Assembly (NCBI GenBank): GCA_037447605.1 | Contig: CM074818.1 | Span: forward strand, 2,306,617-2,370,616 | Direction of reading: 5' to 3' | DNA: 64,000 bases | Source: Zygnema circumcarinatum SAG 698-1b | Lineage: Eukaryota > Plantae > Zygnematophyceae | Part shown: piece after piece, positions 11,944-24,300 of the stretch | Numbering within the stretch: position 1 is the stretch's first letter | How the letters are laid out: every line of letters starts with the position of its first letter | Translations under genes and position numbers: made by a program | Notes under the pieces: model-generated | Database searches by the model: none | Told to the model about the DNA's origin: nothing | What the model saw: the letters and a program-made list of their open reading frames with translations, nothing else

Positions 11944-12379
11944 GGTATCATGCCTTGTAGAGGGAGGGGGAGGAGGGAGGGGGGGGGGGGAGGGGGGAAA
12001 GAGAGTGTGGAGAGTAAGGAGAGAGCTGGATGAGGGTTGGGAGAAAGACGCGGGAGAGGGGGGAGAGTGGGGGGAGAGTGAGAGAGAGAGAGTGAGAGTG
12101 GAGAGTAAGGAGGAAGGAGGAGAGTGTGCTGGATGGGGGGTGGGAGAAAGAGGCGGGAGATGGGGGCGAGAGGGGGGAGAGAGAGAGAGAGTGGAGAGTA
12201 AGGAGGGAGGAGTGAGGGCTGGATGAGGGTTGGGAGAAAGAGGAGGGGGGAGAGGGGGGAGGGGGTGACAGGGATGAGGAGGCGAGGAAGTAGGAGAAAG
12301 GGGAGGGAGAGGAAATGAAAATAGATTATTGTTGAAAATTTTGAAACTTAATTTGTGATTTTCTTTTCTTGTGTTTATT

Positions 12380-13183
12380 TCATGAATTCTTTTGGCCGCT
12401 CATTTGGGTCCAGGTGGGCTCCTTGGCTGCAGCAGCTCTCTCTCTGCTCTTTTGAAGCTTCTCCTTGAAGCGCCGTGCCTCCTCAAAATTCGCCTTTCTC
12501 CGCGCAGCTTTCTGAACGCTTTCAAGGCCCAAAAATCAAACATGGCAAAATGTTGGGATCAGGGCTTGGAGGGCTTACAGCTCCTAACATATCATAAGGG
12601 TTTTTACAAAAAATAAAAAAAGGGAAATATTTAAGGCTCCTAGGATTCAGGGCTTCTAGATTTACGGTTTACATGAATTTAGGGTTACTAAGGGTTTCTG
12701 GAGTTCTGCGGTATTTAAGGTTTTAGCGGCTTGTAGATCCTCTGGTTTTTAGGGTTCTATGGTTTTGAGAGATTGAGATGTGAGGTTGAGGGAGTTGAGA
12801 CCTCTTCGCGGAAGCAGCGGTCCAGGTCCTCCTTGAGGGCGTTGCAGGCCCCCCAGAACTTAGCTACGGGGTGCTCCACGTGGCATTGCTTGAACTTCAC
12901 TATCACCTGCGGCAGAGAGAGAGAGAGGGGGGGGAGAGAGAGACAGACAGAGAGAGAGAGGGAGAGTGGGGGAGAGAGAGGGGGGAGAGAGAGACAGACG
13001 GAGAGAGAGGGAGAGTGGGGGAGAGAGAGAGATGGAGAGAAAGAGAGAGAGGGGGCAAGTGGCAAGATTAGAATTCGTTCCTCCTGTCATAAAGTGGCAC
13101 GTGCTTGACGAGGGACACGTGGAAGAGGGAGAGCACACCTCCTGGCAGCCGGGATGCTTGTGCAGAGTCAACGGAGGATGCAT
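12380..13183 (-). CDS. CMC2: COX assembly mitochondrial protein 2 homologue (twin CX9C), 93 aa; exons 13183-13139, 12906-12802, 12511-12380
   Basis: The spliced protein is MHPPLTLHKHPGCQE-VIVKFKQCHVEHPVAKFWGACNALKEDLDRCFREE-KAARRKANFEEARRFKEKLQK..., with four Cys in CX9C spacing. Confidence 0.92.
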
Positions 13184-13204
13184 AAAGCGGCGCCGGCGGC
13201 TGGC

Positions 13205-13242
13205 TGGGCCTTGAACCCTGAACCCTAAACCCTGAACCCTAA
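13205..13242. promoter_or_regulatory. Site II motif (TGGGCC) next to four tandem telo-box-like heptamers (G/A)AACCCT, just upstream of the CMC2 start
   Basis: TGGGCC at 13205-13210, then GAACCCT GAACCCT AAACCCT GAACCCT; the telo-box plus site II module is known from plant promoters. Confidence 0.45.
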
Positions 13243-13653
13243 TCTGTGTCCACTGAGGCCCTGAGCCCTACAGTAAACTCGTGGGATTCTGCGCCTTCCT
13301 TCTCACGGCGGGCGGGCGGGCGGGCGGGCGGGCGGCCGAGCAGGGCTGGTTGGCACTTGGCAGGCACTAACTATTGGAACCATTGCCAATGGTTGTCAAC
13401 CACTGGTTGGCAGATCGAGTACCAAACCATTGGTTGGCGGACCAGCCAATGGTTTGGTTTTGCGCCGAAAACCGACAAAACGGGAACTTTAACTGCACTC
13501 ACATAGAACAGAGAGTAACTGTACTGTACCTTTGTTCTTTTCCGTACGGTACGGACGGCCGCGTCCTCCTCAAAGCAGCCTCCCGCCCTGCTTCCCTTTC
13601 GACGGCCGCCACGCGTCGCTCTCCTGAACGCCGCTCGCACGTGCGAAGGCGCC

Positions 13654-14703
13654 ATGCCCACATTCACAGCCTCTCTTTTCTCCCCCTCCGCCTGCCTCCC
13701 TCTCTCCCTTGTCCGTACAGTACGTACGGACCCAGGTGGAGGCGCCGCACGTGTGGCTTCTCTTTGGAGACGACAGCAGCATCTGGCGGTTGACACGTGT
13801 CCCGAGGTGACACGTGTCGCAAGGGCAGGCGACGGGAGAAGGCGGAGGCGGAAGTCTGCTTCTTCTAGGGTTAGGGTTTGCTGCTTAGCGGGAGGCGGGG
13901 GAGATGGGGGGGGAGGAGGGGAGAGAGGGGCAGAGAGAGGAGGGGGAGCGGGAGGGAAGAAGGAGGGAGATGGGGGGTTGGTAGAGCTCCCTCTCTTCCC
14001 TCTCCCTCTTGTGCTCTTCCCCGGCGCCATGCTTCCTCTCCAAATATTTGAATACCGCTACCGCATGCTCATGCATACGCTCCTGCATACAGATCTGCGG
14101 TTTGGGGTGGTGTATTCAGGGAAGGAGAGCGGTGGAGCGGCAGCGGTGGGGTGTGTGGGAGAGGTCATTAAGCACGAGAAGCTTCCGGACGATCGATTTT
14201 TTTTAGTATGTAGAGGGCAGGAGCGGTTCAGGGTGGTGGATATAGTGAGGAGTCGACCGTACCTAGTGGCGAAAGTGGTGTGGTTGGAGGATCGGCCGTC
14301 AGAATTAGGGTTAGGGTTGGGATTTGGGTTAGGGTTAGGGGAGGGAGAGAAGGAAGGAGGAGGGGAGCTGCAGGAGGGCGGAGGAGGAGGGAAGAGTGAG
14401 CTTGAGAAGCTTGCAGATGAGGTGGAAATGCTGATGAAGGATGTGATTCGACTGAGCAATAAGATGGGGGGGAAGTCGGAGCAAGAGGTTCCGACTGACT
14501 TAAGGAAGTCCGCATTTCCTACTCCTTTTAGTTTTTGGGTTGCCAGTACTTTTGAAGGAGCTCCTAGTGAGCAGCAGGCCCTGTTGGAGCTGCAGGACAC
14601 GGCGGAGAGACTAAGGAGAGAGAGAGATACCTTGAGAAATACTTTGAATTATCTCACGGCGGCGACGGCTGTGAAAGACGCATTTTCCTCGCCTTCAGAA
14701 TAA
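13654..14703 (+). CDS. Intronless LON peptidase substrate-binding (LON-N) domain protein, probably plastid-targeted, 349 aa
   Basis: Motifs LVELPLFPLPLVLFPGAMLPLQIFEYRYRMLMHTLL, GCVGEV, RFFLVCRGQERFRV, PFSFWVASTFEGAPSEQQALLELQDTAERLRRE; Ser/Ala/Arg-rich N-terminus; no AAA+ or protease domain. Confidence 0.92.
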   Translation: MPTFTASLFSPSACLPLSLVRTVRTDPGGGAARVASLWRRQQHLAVDTCPEVTRVARAGDGRRRRRKSASSRVRVCCLAGGGGDGGGGGERGAERGGGAGGKKEGDGGLVELPLFPLPLVLFPGAMLPLQIFEYRYRMLMHTLLHTDLRFGVVYSGKESGGAAAVGCVGEVIKHEKLPDDRFFLVCRGQERFRVVDIVRSRPYLVAKVVWLEDRPSELGLGLGFGLGLGEGEKEGGGELQEGGGGGKSELEKLADEVEMLMKDVIRLSNKMGGKSEQEVPTDLRKSAFPTPFSFWVASTFEGAPSEQQALLELQDTAERLRRERDTLRNTLNYLTAATAVKDAFSSPSE

Positions 14704-16840
14704 GAATTTGGAGGTTCGACTTGGTTTGGGGGTAGGGATTTAAGGATCGAATGGGTCGACCTGGCGGCGGCGATGATGATGATGTTGGGGAGATAGATTA
14801 TGGAAGGAGAGGATGCTTGAGGGGGGGTAACATGATATTGCGGAGGATGAGAGCGAAAGTGAGAGATAGAATGAAATTGAGAAAAAAACAGAGTAGATGC
14901 GATGGAGAAACAACAGTAGCCGAGAATTCGGTGAGAGCAGAAAGCGCGGGAGGCACGGAAGGGGAGGAGAGGGAGAGAGAGGGATAGAGAGGGAGAGAGA
15001 GAGGGAGAGTGAGAGGGAGAGTGAGAGGCAGAGCGAGTGGTGGAGATGATGATGATGTTTGTTGGAGCTCGGTGACGTGACGGAGGGCTCCTTGCCAATA
15101 CGTTGACTAATTAGTGTAGAGTATCCTGACTCCCGACTCCTTCACATCTTTTTTTTTTAGGGTTCAGGATATTATCGTTTTGGGGCGCTAGGGTTTCTGA
15201 GGTTCAAGCTCTGTATAGATTGTCTCTGGATTTGGGATGGCGTCTTATGACAGGGGTTACTTGCTCTCCGTTCCGTTACTGTTGTCTTTGAATGTACATG
15301 GAACCAGCTGTTGGCAGCTCGAGGCTGTATGGAAACGACCGGAGAAAAAAACTGTAAATTGGAGTTGCATCGGTGAGAGGCTTCATATGATCGAATTTGG
15401 ATTTTTTTTGGGTACATTTGGGTAAACCCTAAAATTCTCTCCTGCAATAGCAGGTGTCTCCTCCTGCTGTCTGTCTGCAATGTTCGAAATTTGGTACATG
15501 AGATGTTGGAGTTGTGTGCCTCCTTTGTCCTTCAATGGTAACTCAATTGCAGAATTAAGTTATGTGGAAGGAAACGAACCAAAGAACGAAGTTGTCTGTT
15601 TTTTATGGTGATGTATGAAATGGTAATGGCGTCAGAGATGTGATGTTTGAAGAGTTTGCAGGAGGACGGAGGGGCAGGAGGTAGAGAGGCAAAGGGGGAG
15701 CAGGTGAATGGCTTACAGGAGGGGAGGCTCGGTGTTGGGGTGGAGGGAGAGGGAGAGGGAGAGGGAAGAGGGAGAGGGAGAGGGAGAGGAGAGGGAGAGG
15801 GAGAGGAGAGGGAGAGGGAGAGGGAGAGGGAGGAGGGAGAGGGAGAGGGAGAGGGAGAGGGAGAGGGAGAGGGAGGGAGAGGGAGAGGGAGAGGGAGAGG
15901 GAGAGGGAGAGGGAGAGGAGAGGGAGAGGGAGAGAGGGAGAGGGAGAGGGAGTGGGAGAGGGAGAAGGGGGAGGAGAGAGAGAGGACTAGGTCAGGCTGA
16001 TGGAGGAGAGGTACAGAGGTGAATGCAGACGGCTTCCAGTTTTGGAACGAGGCCCTTTCTCTCTCTCGCTCGCCCTCCCCCCCTCCCTTCCTCTCTCCCT
16101 CTCTCCCTCTCTCCCTGAAGTCAGAACACAGTAGTTAATGAAACTCGCTAACAAAAACTTGCAATGTGCCCACTGGTCAGGGGGGTCCATGCTCAATACT
16201 TTGTCTCTGAACCCTAATTTAAAATGATGTGCTATGGGCATCGCTCAGATGATTTGGGACTTCAAAACTTCACATACATCAGAAGTAGTTTTGTGAAATT
16301 CCTTTCAAGAAACCAATCTTTGGAGCAATCACCTTTGTGTTTCGATGTGCTCTATGTAGCAAACTTAAAAACAGCAGAAACAAATTCAACAACATAACTC
16401 AAAATTTCTTAAGAAAAATTCTAGGAAAAATTCAGAAATGGTATACTGTATGTTCCTCTCAGAAGACGCAACTCCCCTGCCAAAATTTTAACGATTTTTT
16501 CCTTCTTTCTACACTCTAACTCTTCAGATTTGAGAGTGAAGATTTTCCAGATGATGACAATATCTGCAAAATTTTACTTTGTGAGACCCCAAAATTGAGC
16601 TGCTTTATACCACCCAGAACCTGAACCCTAACCCTAAACCAAAGATGGCCGCTGATTCCAAACTTCTAAATTCGCAGAAAAAGGCAAAAGCCAAAAAGCT
16701 AAGGCTCGGCAAAAGCATCATCTTTTTCTTAATAGAAAGAAAAAAAAAAAATGGAAAATTGCGGCGATAAGTGGCTTGTAAAAAAGTATCAAACCATCAT
16801 AGCCCGTTCCATGTGCAAAGATTTTCAGTTTTCCGTTCAG

Positions 16841-17155
16841 TTACTCGCGCAGCCATGGAGTGAGAGTTGGCTCCCATTGGATAATTTCTTTCCCTTCAAA
16901 CCATAATCCTGCCCGGAAAAAAAAGAAAAATACAAGATGAAGTTTAGGATGCGTCAGTGATCACCGACCGCTGCTACAACACCAACACGAAATGAATAAC
17001 GGGCAAGCAAAGGAGTAAAGGAGGAAAAAAGTTTGAATGTACCGATTTCACGTTCGCCGTTATCGACGCTGTCACTTCCGTGAACCACATTTCTGCACTC
17101 CCATGGAAATGAAACACATTTATTCCCCCTTCAAATACATCCCTCTCTCCCCCCC

Positions 17156-17187
<32 letters not shown>

Positions 17188-19349
17188 GCTCTCTCGCTAT
17201 CGCTATCGCTATCTACCACCCGCCCGCTCTCTCCATCTCTCTCTGCCCACGCCCCTTATCCCACTCCCCCCACCCCCCCTCTCTCTTCCACTCTCTCTCT
17301 CTCTCCCTCTCTCTCCCTCTCTCTCAGTCTCCCCCTCTCTGCGTTTGCTTTTTCCTTCCTCTCAATAAAAAAAGACAATCACTTTCGCAAAAAAGCTAAA
17401 AAAATCGTTAAAAAGTTTTAACGTACCGCCCGACTTCAACCGCCAAGTCTCCTCGAATCGTTCCGGGCTCCGCAGAGAGCGGATTGGTGGCTCCAATTAT
17501 TTTCCGGGCAGACAAAACCACTCCCTGTCCCTCCCATATCTGAAGAAAATATTTCCAATTCAAGACCCAACCACAAAAAAAAAATCATCAAAAAACTAAA
17601 AACCAAAAACCGGAAACCCAGAACACTGTCTAGAGCACCCCAATAGCACAAACTATTGAGTTTTTAGGGTTTTAGCATATAGTTCTACTCAGTATATGAA
17701 AAGAAAGGACCTCTCTCTCCTTTCTCCTCCCTCCTCTCTTCCTCACCCCATTCCGCCTCCTCTATCTCCCACTCCCTCCCTCCCTCCCTCCCTCCTCCCT
17801 CCCTCCCTCCCTCCCTCCCTCCCTCCCTCCCTCCCTCCCTCCCTCCCTCCCTCCCTCCCTCCCTCCCTCCCTCCCTCCCTCCCTCCCTCCCTCCCTCCCT
17901 CCCTCCCTCCCTCCCTCCCTCCCTCCCTCCCTCCCTCCCTCCCTCCCTCCCTCCCTCCCTCCCTCCCTCCCTCCCTCCCTCCCTCCCTCCTCTCCCTCTC
18001 TCTCCCTCTCTCTCCCTCTCTCTCCCTCTCACTCTCTCTCGCTCTCACCATTGCAACCACTGGGCCGGATATGATGTAGTCCACCAATTTTCCGTAAAAT
18101 GGCTTTTCTTTCAAGTCCTTGTAATGTTCCTGCACGATCCGGAAAACAGAAAATTTCCGCCAAAGAATTAAATCCAACAGGGACAAAATTAATACAATGC
18201 AGGTATTCAAGATAGAGATCTTGACAAGAAAGCTATAACCAAATCTCTTTCTAGCTCTCTCCATTTGTATCTGTCTATCTCCCCCTCTACTCATCTCTCC
18301 TCTCTCTCCCCCTCCCTCCCTCTCTCTCTTCCCCCCGCCCCCCTCCCTCTAAAAATTGAAATACCTGGGCCAGTTCAGCGGGGCATTGGAAGAGCTTGAG
18401 GCCCTTGAGAGTGAAACCTTTTCTCTCAAACCGGCCAATTATTTCGCCCACCTGCCCGAAAAAAAAACATTAACATTCTGAGAATGCACTTAAAGAATCA
18501 ATCTCTCTTAAATAATAAATTTAATGTTCACCTTTTCTTGACAACGTATCGCCATGTTGCGATCAACTTCACCTGATTTCACTGAAAAAAAAAAGAAAAG
18601 GAGAAAGAATGCTCAGCAGACTCACCAGACCCCTCTGAACGCCGTCTGGTTTGATCATCACATAGGTCCGCTCCGTCTGCATGTTGGCAGAGAGGGAGAG
18701 GGAGAGGACATGGGGGGAGAAGTGTGGGGGAGAGAGTGTGAGAGGGAGGGAGGAGGAAGAAGGGGAATGGGGAATGGGGAATGGGGTGGAAGAGGAGGGA
18801 GAGGGGGGTGAGAGTGTGAGAGGGGGAGAGGGAAATGGGGAGGGGATGGGGGGAAGAAGTGGTGGGAGAGAGTATGAGGGAGGGGGGATGGGGAGAGTGG
18901 GAGGGCATTAGGGGGAAAAGTGGGTGGAAAGGGTGTGAAACGAGGGGAGAAAGTGAGAAAATGGGGTAGTGGGAGAGGGGAGGAGGGGGAGTGGGTGAGA
19001 GCGAGAAGGTGAAGGTGATGGGCAGTGGAGTGGAGGGAAAAGTAGAGGGGGAGAGGGAGAAGCTGAAAAAAAAACAGAGAGGGATGAGAGTAGAGAGATA
19101 GAGAGAGAAAGAGACTGAACCCCCAAATCTAAACCCTAAAGCCTATTCCTCGATCATTACCTGCGCGACGACAAGGCTCCTCTTGGTGGGGGCCACCGCC
19201 GCCATGGCCGCCTTCTCTGTCCGTACATTCCACTTCGCTCCAAAGAAGGAGCTCCCCACAGAGGCTCCACCAGGAGCCCTCCTGTAGTGGGGCTGGGCGA
19301 ATGATGGAGCGACACGTGTCCTAGGGGAGTGGGAAGGGCGGGAAGCGGG
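16841..19349 (-). CDS. NDPK2: Nucleoside diphosphate kinase, plastid NDPK2 type, 3' copy; exons 19349-19161 (5'-truncated at gap), 18676-18626, 18451-18365, 18129-18049, 17539-17427, 17092-17043, 16908-16841
   Basis: Motifs [77 protein letters not shown] (catalytic His) and C-terminal WLRE; exon phases are consistent. Confidence 0.95.
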
Positions 19350-19706
19350 NNNNNNNNNNCCTCCCTCCCTCCCTCCTCCTCTCCCTCTCTCTCTCCTCTC
19401 TCCTCTCTCCTCTCTCCTCTCTCCTCTCTCCTCTCTCCTCTATCTCAACCTCCATCGCCATTCGCCTGCGAGCTGCCCACCTCTTTCCCTCCTTTCCTCT
19501 TCCATTATTTCCTCCTCCCCCTCGCCCCCTCTCCCTCCTCCATCCCACTCCCTCCCCCCCTTCCTACAGGCCCTCCTACCCCTCTCCCCCTCTCTCTCTC
19601 CCTCCCTCTCTCTCCCACCACCTCTCCCCTCTGCGCCCATCCGCCAAACGACCTTCCCCCTATCTCTCGCTCCCCTGCACTCCCTCTCACTCTCTCTCGC
19701 TCTCAC

Positions 19707-21049
19707 CATTGCAACCACTGGGCCGGATATGATGTAGTCCACCAATTTTCCGTAAAATGGCTTTTCTTTCAAGTCCTTGTAATGTTCCTGCACGATCCGG
19801 AAAACAGAAAATTTCCGCCAAAGAATTAAATCCAACAGGGACAAAATTAATACAATGCAGGTATTCAAGATAGAGATCTTGACAAGAAAGCTATAACCAA
19901 ATCTCTTTCTAGCTCTCTCCATTTGTATCTGTCTATCTCCCCCTCTACTCATCTCTCCTCTCTCTCCCCCTCCCTCCCTCTCTCTCTTCCCCCCGCCCCC
20001 CTCCCTCTAAAAATTGAAATACCTGGGCCAGTTCAGCGGGGCATTGGAAGAGCTTGAGGCCCTTGAGAGTGAAACCTTTTCTCTCAAACCGGCCAATTAT
20101 TTCGCCCACCTGCCCGAAAAAAAAACATTAACATTCTGAGAATGCACTTAAAGAATCAATCTCTCTTAAATAATAAATTTAATGTTCACCTTTTCTTGAC
20201 AACGTATCGCCATGTTGCGATCAACTTCACCTGATTTCACTGAAAAAAAAAAGAAAAGGAGAAAGAATGCTCAGCAGACTCACCAGACCCCTCTGAACGC
20301 CGTCTGGTTTGATCATCACATAGGTCCGCTCCGTCTGCATGTTGGCAGAGAGGGAGAGGGAGAGGACATGGGGGGAGAAGTGTGGGGGAGAGAGTGTGAG
20401 AGGGAGGGAGGAGGAAGAAGGGGAATGGGGAATGGGGAATGGGGTGGAAGAGGAGGGAGAGGGGGGTGAGAGTGTGAGAGGGGGAGAGGGAAATGGGGAG
20501 GGGATGGGGGGAAGAAGTGGTGGGAGAGAGTATGAGGGAGGGGGGATGGGGAGAGTGGGAGGGCATTAGGGGGAAAAGTGGGTGGAAAGGGTGTGAAACG
20601 AGGGGAGAAAGTGAGAAAATGGGGTAGTGGGAGAGGGGAGGAGGGGGAGTGGGTGAGAGCGAGAAGGTGAAGGTGATGGGCAGTGGAGTGGAGGGAAAAG
20701 TAGAGGGGGAGAGGGAGAAGCTGAAAAAAAAACAGAGAGGGATGAGAGTAGAGAGATAGAGAGAGAAAGAGACTGAACCCCCAAATCTAAACCCTAAAGC
20801 CTATTCCTCGATCATTACCTGCGCGACGACAAGGCTCCTCTTGGTGGGGGCCACCGCCGCCATGGCCGCCTTCTCTGTCCGTACATTCCACTTCGCTCCA
20901 AAGAAGGAGCTCCCCACAGAGGCTCCACCAGGAGCCCTCCTGTAGTGGGGCTGGGCGAATGATGGAGCGACACGTGTCCTAGGGGAGTGGGAAGGGCGGG
21001 AAGCGGGGTGACAGGTGGCAGAATATGAGACTGCAGTCATGGCCGCCAT
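19707..21049 (-). CDS. NDPK2: NDPK2 5' copy: complete exon 1 with transit peptide (21049-20819) and exons 20334-20284, 20109-20023, 19787-19707; exons 5-7 are absent before the gap at 19350-19359
   Basis: Matches 18022-19349 at an offset of 1658 bp; MAAMTAVSYSATCHPASRPS... transit-like N-terminus. Confidence 0.9.
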
Positions 21050-21399
21050 TGCGGGAGAGGCCGTGGGAGAGGGAGGGGGAGGTGGGGAAAGAGAGAGCGG
21101 GAGAGGGAGAAGACGGCGAGAGTGACGAGAGGAACGCGAACGGATATATCCCGATCTTAGCCTCCACTGTCGTTTCCATGCACCGCCGTTCAACAGCGAC
21201 TCACACAACTGAGTCAGCCAATCTCACGCCGAGAGTCACGCCTCCCTCTCCCTGTCTTCCTTACTCCCCCTCTCGCTCACTCTCTCCTCGTTGGCTTCCC
21301 CTCGCCCTCCTCCTCACCCCCCTCCCCCCTCCCCACCCCTCTCTGCTTAAACTATGCTCCCACCCCAGAATTAGGGTTTCCCCCTCCGCCCGGTCAGCC

Positions 21400-24300
21400 A
21401 TGCGGCGCTCGAAGAGTGGGAGCGCGCACTTGGACGGCGAGCAGCAGGGCGAGGTCCGCACGCCGCTGAAGAGGAGGCGGGTCTGCGGGCGGCCCTCTCT
21501 GACGACGGGCTGCATTGCGTTTGCGCTCCTGCTGGCTCTCATTACCATGTTGGGGGACCTGGCGGAGAAGGAGGGGGTGGAGACAGAGTTGCGGGAGGAG
21601 GTGCGTGGGGGAGGGGGAGGAGAGGGAGAGGGAGAGGGAGGGAGGAGGGAGGAGGAGGGAGGGAGGGAGGGAAGGAGGGAGGGAGGAGGAGGGAGGGAGG
21701 GAGGGAGGGAGGGAGGGAGGAGGAGGGAGGGAGGGAGGGAGGGAGGGAGGGAGGGAGGGAGGGAGGGAGGGAGGGAGGGAGGGAGGGAGGGAGGGAGGGA
21801 GGGAGGGAGGGAAGGAGGGAGGGAGGGAGGGAGGGAGGGAGGGAGGGAGGGAGGGAGGGAGGGAGGGAGGGAGGGAGGGAGGGAGGGAGGGAGGGAGGGA
21901 GGGAGGGAAAGAGAGGAGGGAGGGGGGGGAGGAAGGAGGGGAGGGAGACGGGAAAGGGGAAGGGAGAGGCGAGGGAGGGCGGGGGAGAAGTATGGGGAAG
22001 TAATGGGTAAGGGGAAGGGTGTGGGGGAGGGAGGGGGGAAGGGAGGATGGAGATGGGAAGGGGGAAACGGGGAGTGAGAATGGGAGGGAAGGGTTGGGGG
22101 GAGAGGGAGGGGGGGCGAGGGAGAGGGAGAGGGGGGAGGGGTGATAGGGTGATAAGGAAGGAGGGAGGGAGGGAAAGGGAGACGGGTTCTGGAGGCAGAT
22201 AGATGGACTGGTTGGGGGACTGAGGGGAGCGGATGGGGCGGGGTGTGAGGGAAGGGGGAGAGAGGGAAGGAGAAGGGGAGCTTGAGGTGCAGGGAGAAGA
22301 GAGTGAGCAGGGGGGAGGAGGTGGGCACGAAGCCAAGTTAGAACCCGAGCCGAGGGCGAAAGAGATGGGGACTAAAATGAAATTTCTTATACATTCTTAA
22401 GGTGCTTCAAGCGCCTTGTCTATGCTGATTCTGTTTAACGGATGCCTCACAGGCAACGGAAACGTCGACCCATATTGACCTTTGGAAGGTGAAGGACGCG
22501 GAGAAATTTGTGGGTTGTGCCGATCCTTCGCCCAAATTCCCAGGTGATTTGCGGAACTAAAAAAAAATCCAAGAAAAAAGAAAATCTGCAAACTGATTCC
22601 ATGCTTCTAAGTCTTCGTCAAACATCTCTAATGCGATGTCTTTCCTTTTCGTCTTGATTCTTTGTTGTTTTCTTCTCTTTTAATGTTTTTTTTTTGGTCG
22701 GCATTTAAATTATTGCCCACCGAGTATGTCTGGAAAAACAGAGTTTAATCCGCCCTTAACGTCATAAATACTTTATTTCATTTCTGGACCGAAGTCGTAG
22801 CTGATTCCGTCAAAGTCGTGGGCTGAGCAGAGCTCGCTGAGAGCGGGGGGGGGGGCAGCTCCTTCCTTATGGTGCAGCTCAGTGGGGGGCTCAACCAGGA
22901 ACGCACGGGGGTGAGAGATTCTCTCTCCCACTCTCTCCCTCTTTCTGTCCCTCTATCTCACACATTCTTTGTCTCTCCCTCTCTCTCTCTCTCTCTCGCT
23001 CTCTCTCTCTCTCTGGCTCTCCTGGACGGAAGTGTTTAGAGGTCCTCTTTTCTCTCTTTCTCCCCCTCTCTCTGTATCTCTCCCCCCACTTCTCCCTCTT
23101 CCCAATCGCTTTTAACTCTCCCGGGAGACTCATTTAGGAAGGAGCTTGGGTGGCCTTTCCATTCTTGAAGCTCGTTGTTTTGAGGCTTGTAGGGCTTTAG
23201 GGTTTTAGCTTTCTCTCTCGCTATCGCTCTCTCTCTCCCTCTCCCCTCCGCCCCCCTTTCCCCCCTCGTTTTCCTCGGCATCTTGAAAGCCCTAAATGTA
23301 CTCAAAGCCCTCCTATCCAAAGAACCTCAAAGATATCCATCTATATTTTATTGTTATTTAAACCATTATCTATTCTATCTTCGTTTCTGATCCTTTCCCT
23401 TTTTTTGGGTGCATTTGTTGGGTCCCAAATCCGAAAACAGATCGTTGATGCTGTTGTGGTGGCTCGGATTTTAAATGCGACTTTAGTAATTCCTGAAATG
23501 GACCCCGCCTCATTTTGGCACGATCAGAGGTCAGCATTACTTTTCAACTTAGTTCCATTCGGCCCCTGTTTGCACTGACATGTTTTAGTCCCATTTTCAG
23601 TTTCAGTTTCAGTTTCAGTTTCAATACCTGTTCCTTTCTCAGTTGTCCTTTTCTCTCGCCCCTCTTTGCCCTCCACATTAATATTCCACTCCCCCTTTAC
23701 CCCTCTCCCTTCCTCGTTCCTTTGCTCACTCATCCTCCTCCCACTTTCTTTCTCCCTCCCTCTCTCTCTCTTATCTCCTCTCCCCCCTATCCGCCCTATC
23801 CTCTTCCCCCACTCCTCCCTCTTTCTCTCCTTCCCTCCTATTTTCCCTATATTGTCTGCACCTCCCTATCACCCTCTCTGTCCGCTCCTTCTCACCTTTC
23901 CTTCACTCACCCCTCCTCTCTCTCTCTCCCCCTCTCCCACCCCCCCATCTCTCTCTCTCACACACACCAGTCTTCCTTAAGCGAAATCTTCAAACCTTCC
24001 TTGCAGTACATTCGGTGAAATATTTGACCTTGACCACTTCATCCAAACCCTCAAAGGCGATGTTCGAATTGTTAAAAACTTGCCTACCACTTTTTCGAAT
24101 TTAACCGTATTCGAAAAAAGGGTTCCACGGAAATCGAGACCCAAGTTTTACAGAGAAATCATTGCTCCGTTATTGCAAACTAAAAGGGTACTTTTGCCGT
24201 CCCCGTTCTATGCCTATAGTCGGAGGTAGATGGGAGACAGAGAGAGGGATTAAGGCGAGGGAGAGGGAGGGGGAGGGACATGGGGAGGGGGAGGAGATGG

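Larger units (their letters stand above)
7959..12578. repeat. Direct tandem duplication of ~2.3 kb (7959-10264 and 10275-12578)
   Basis: Near-identical sequence; both copies start at or just after 10-N gaps and copy 1 ends exactly at a gap. Confidence 0.95.

Noticed and set aside
15172-16620. Possible small exons between the LON-N gene and NDPK2
   Set aside because: A few splice-like sites and short open frames exist, but there is no recognisable product or coherent model
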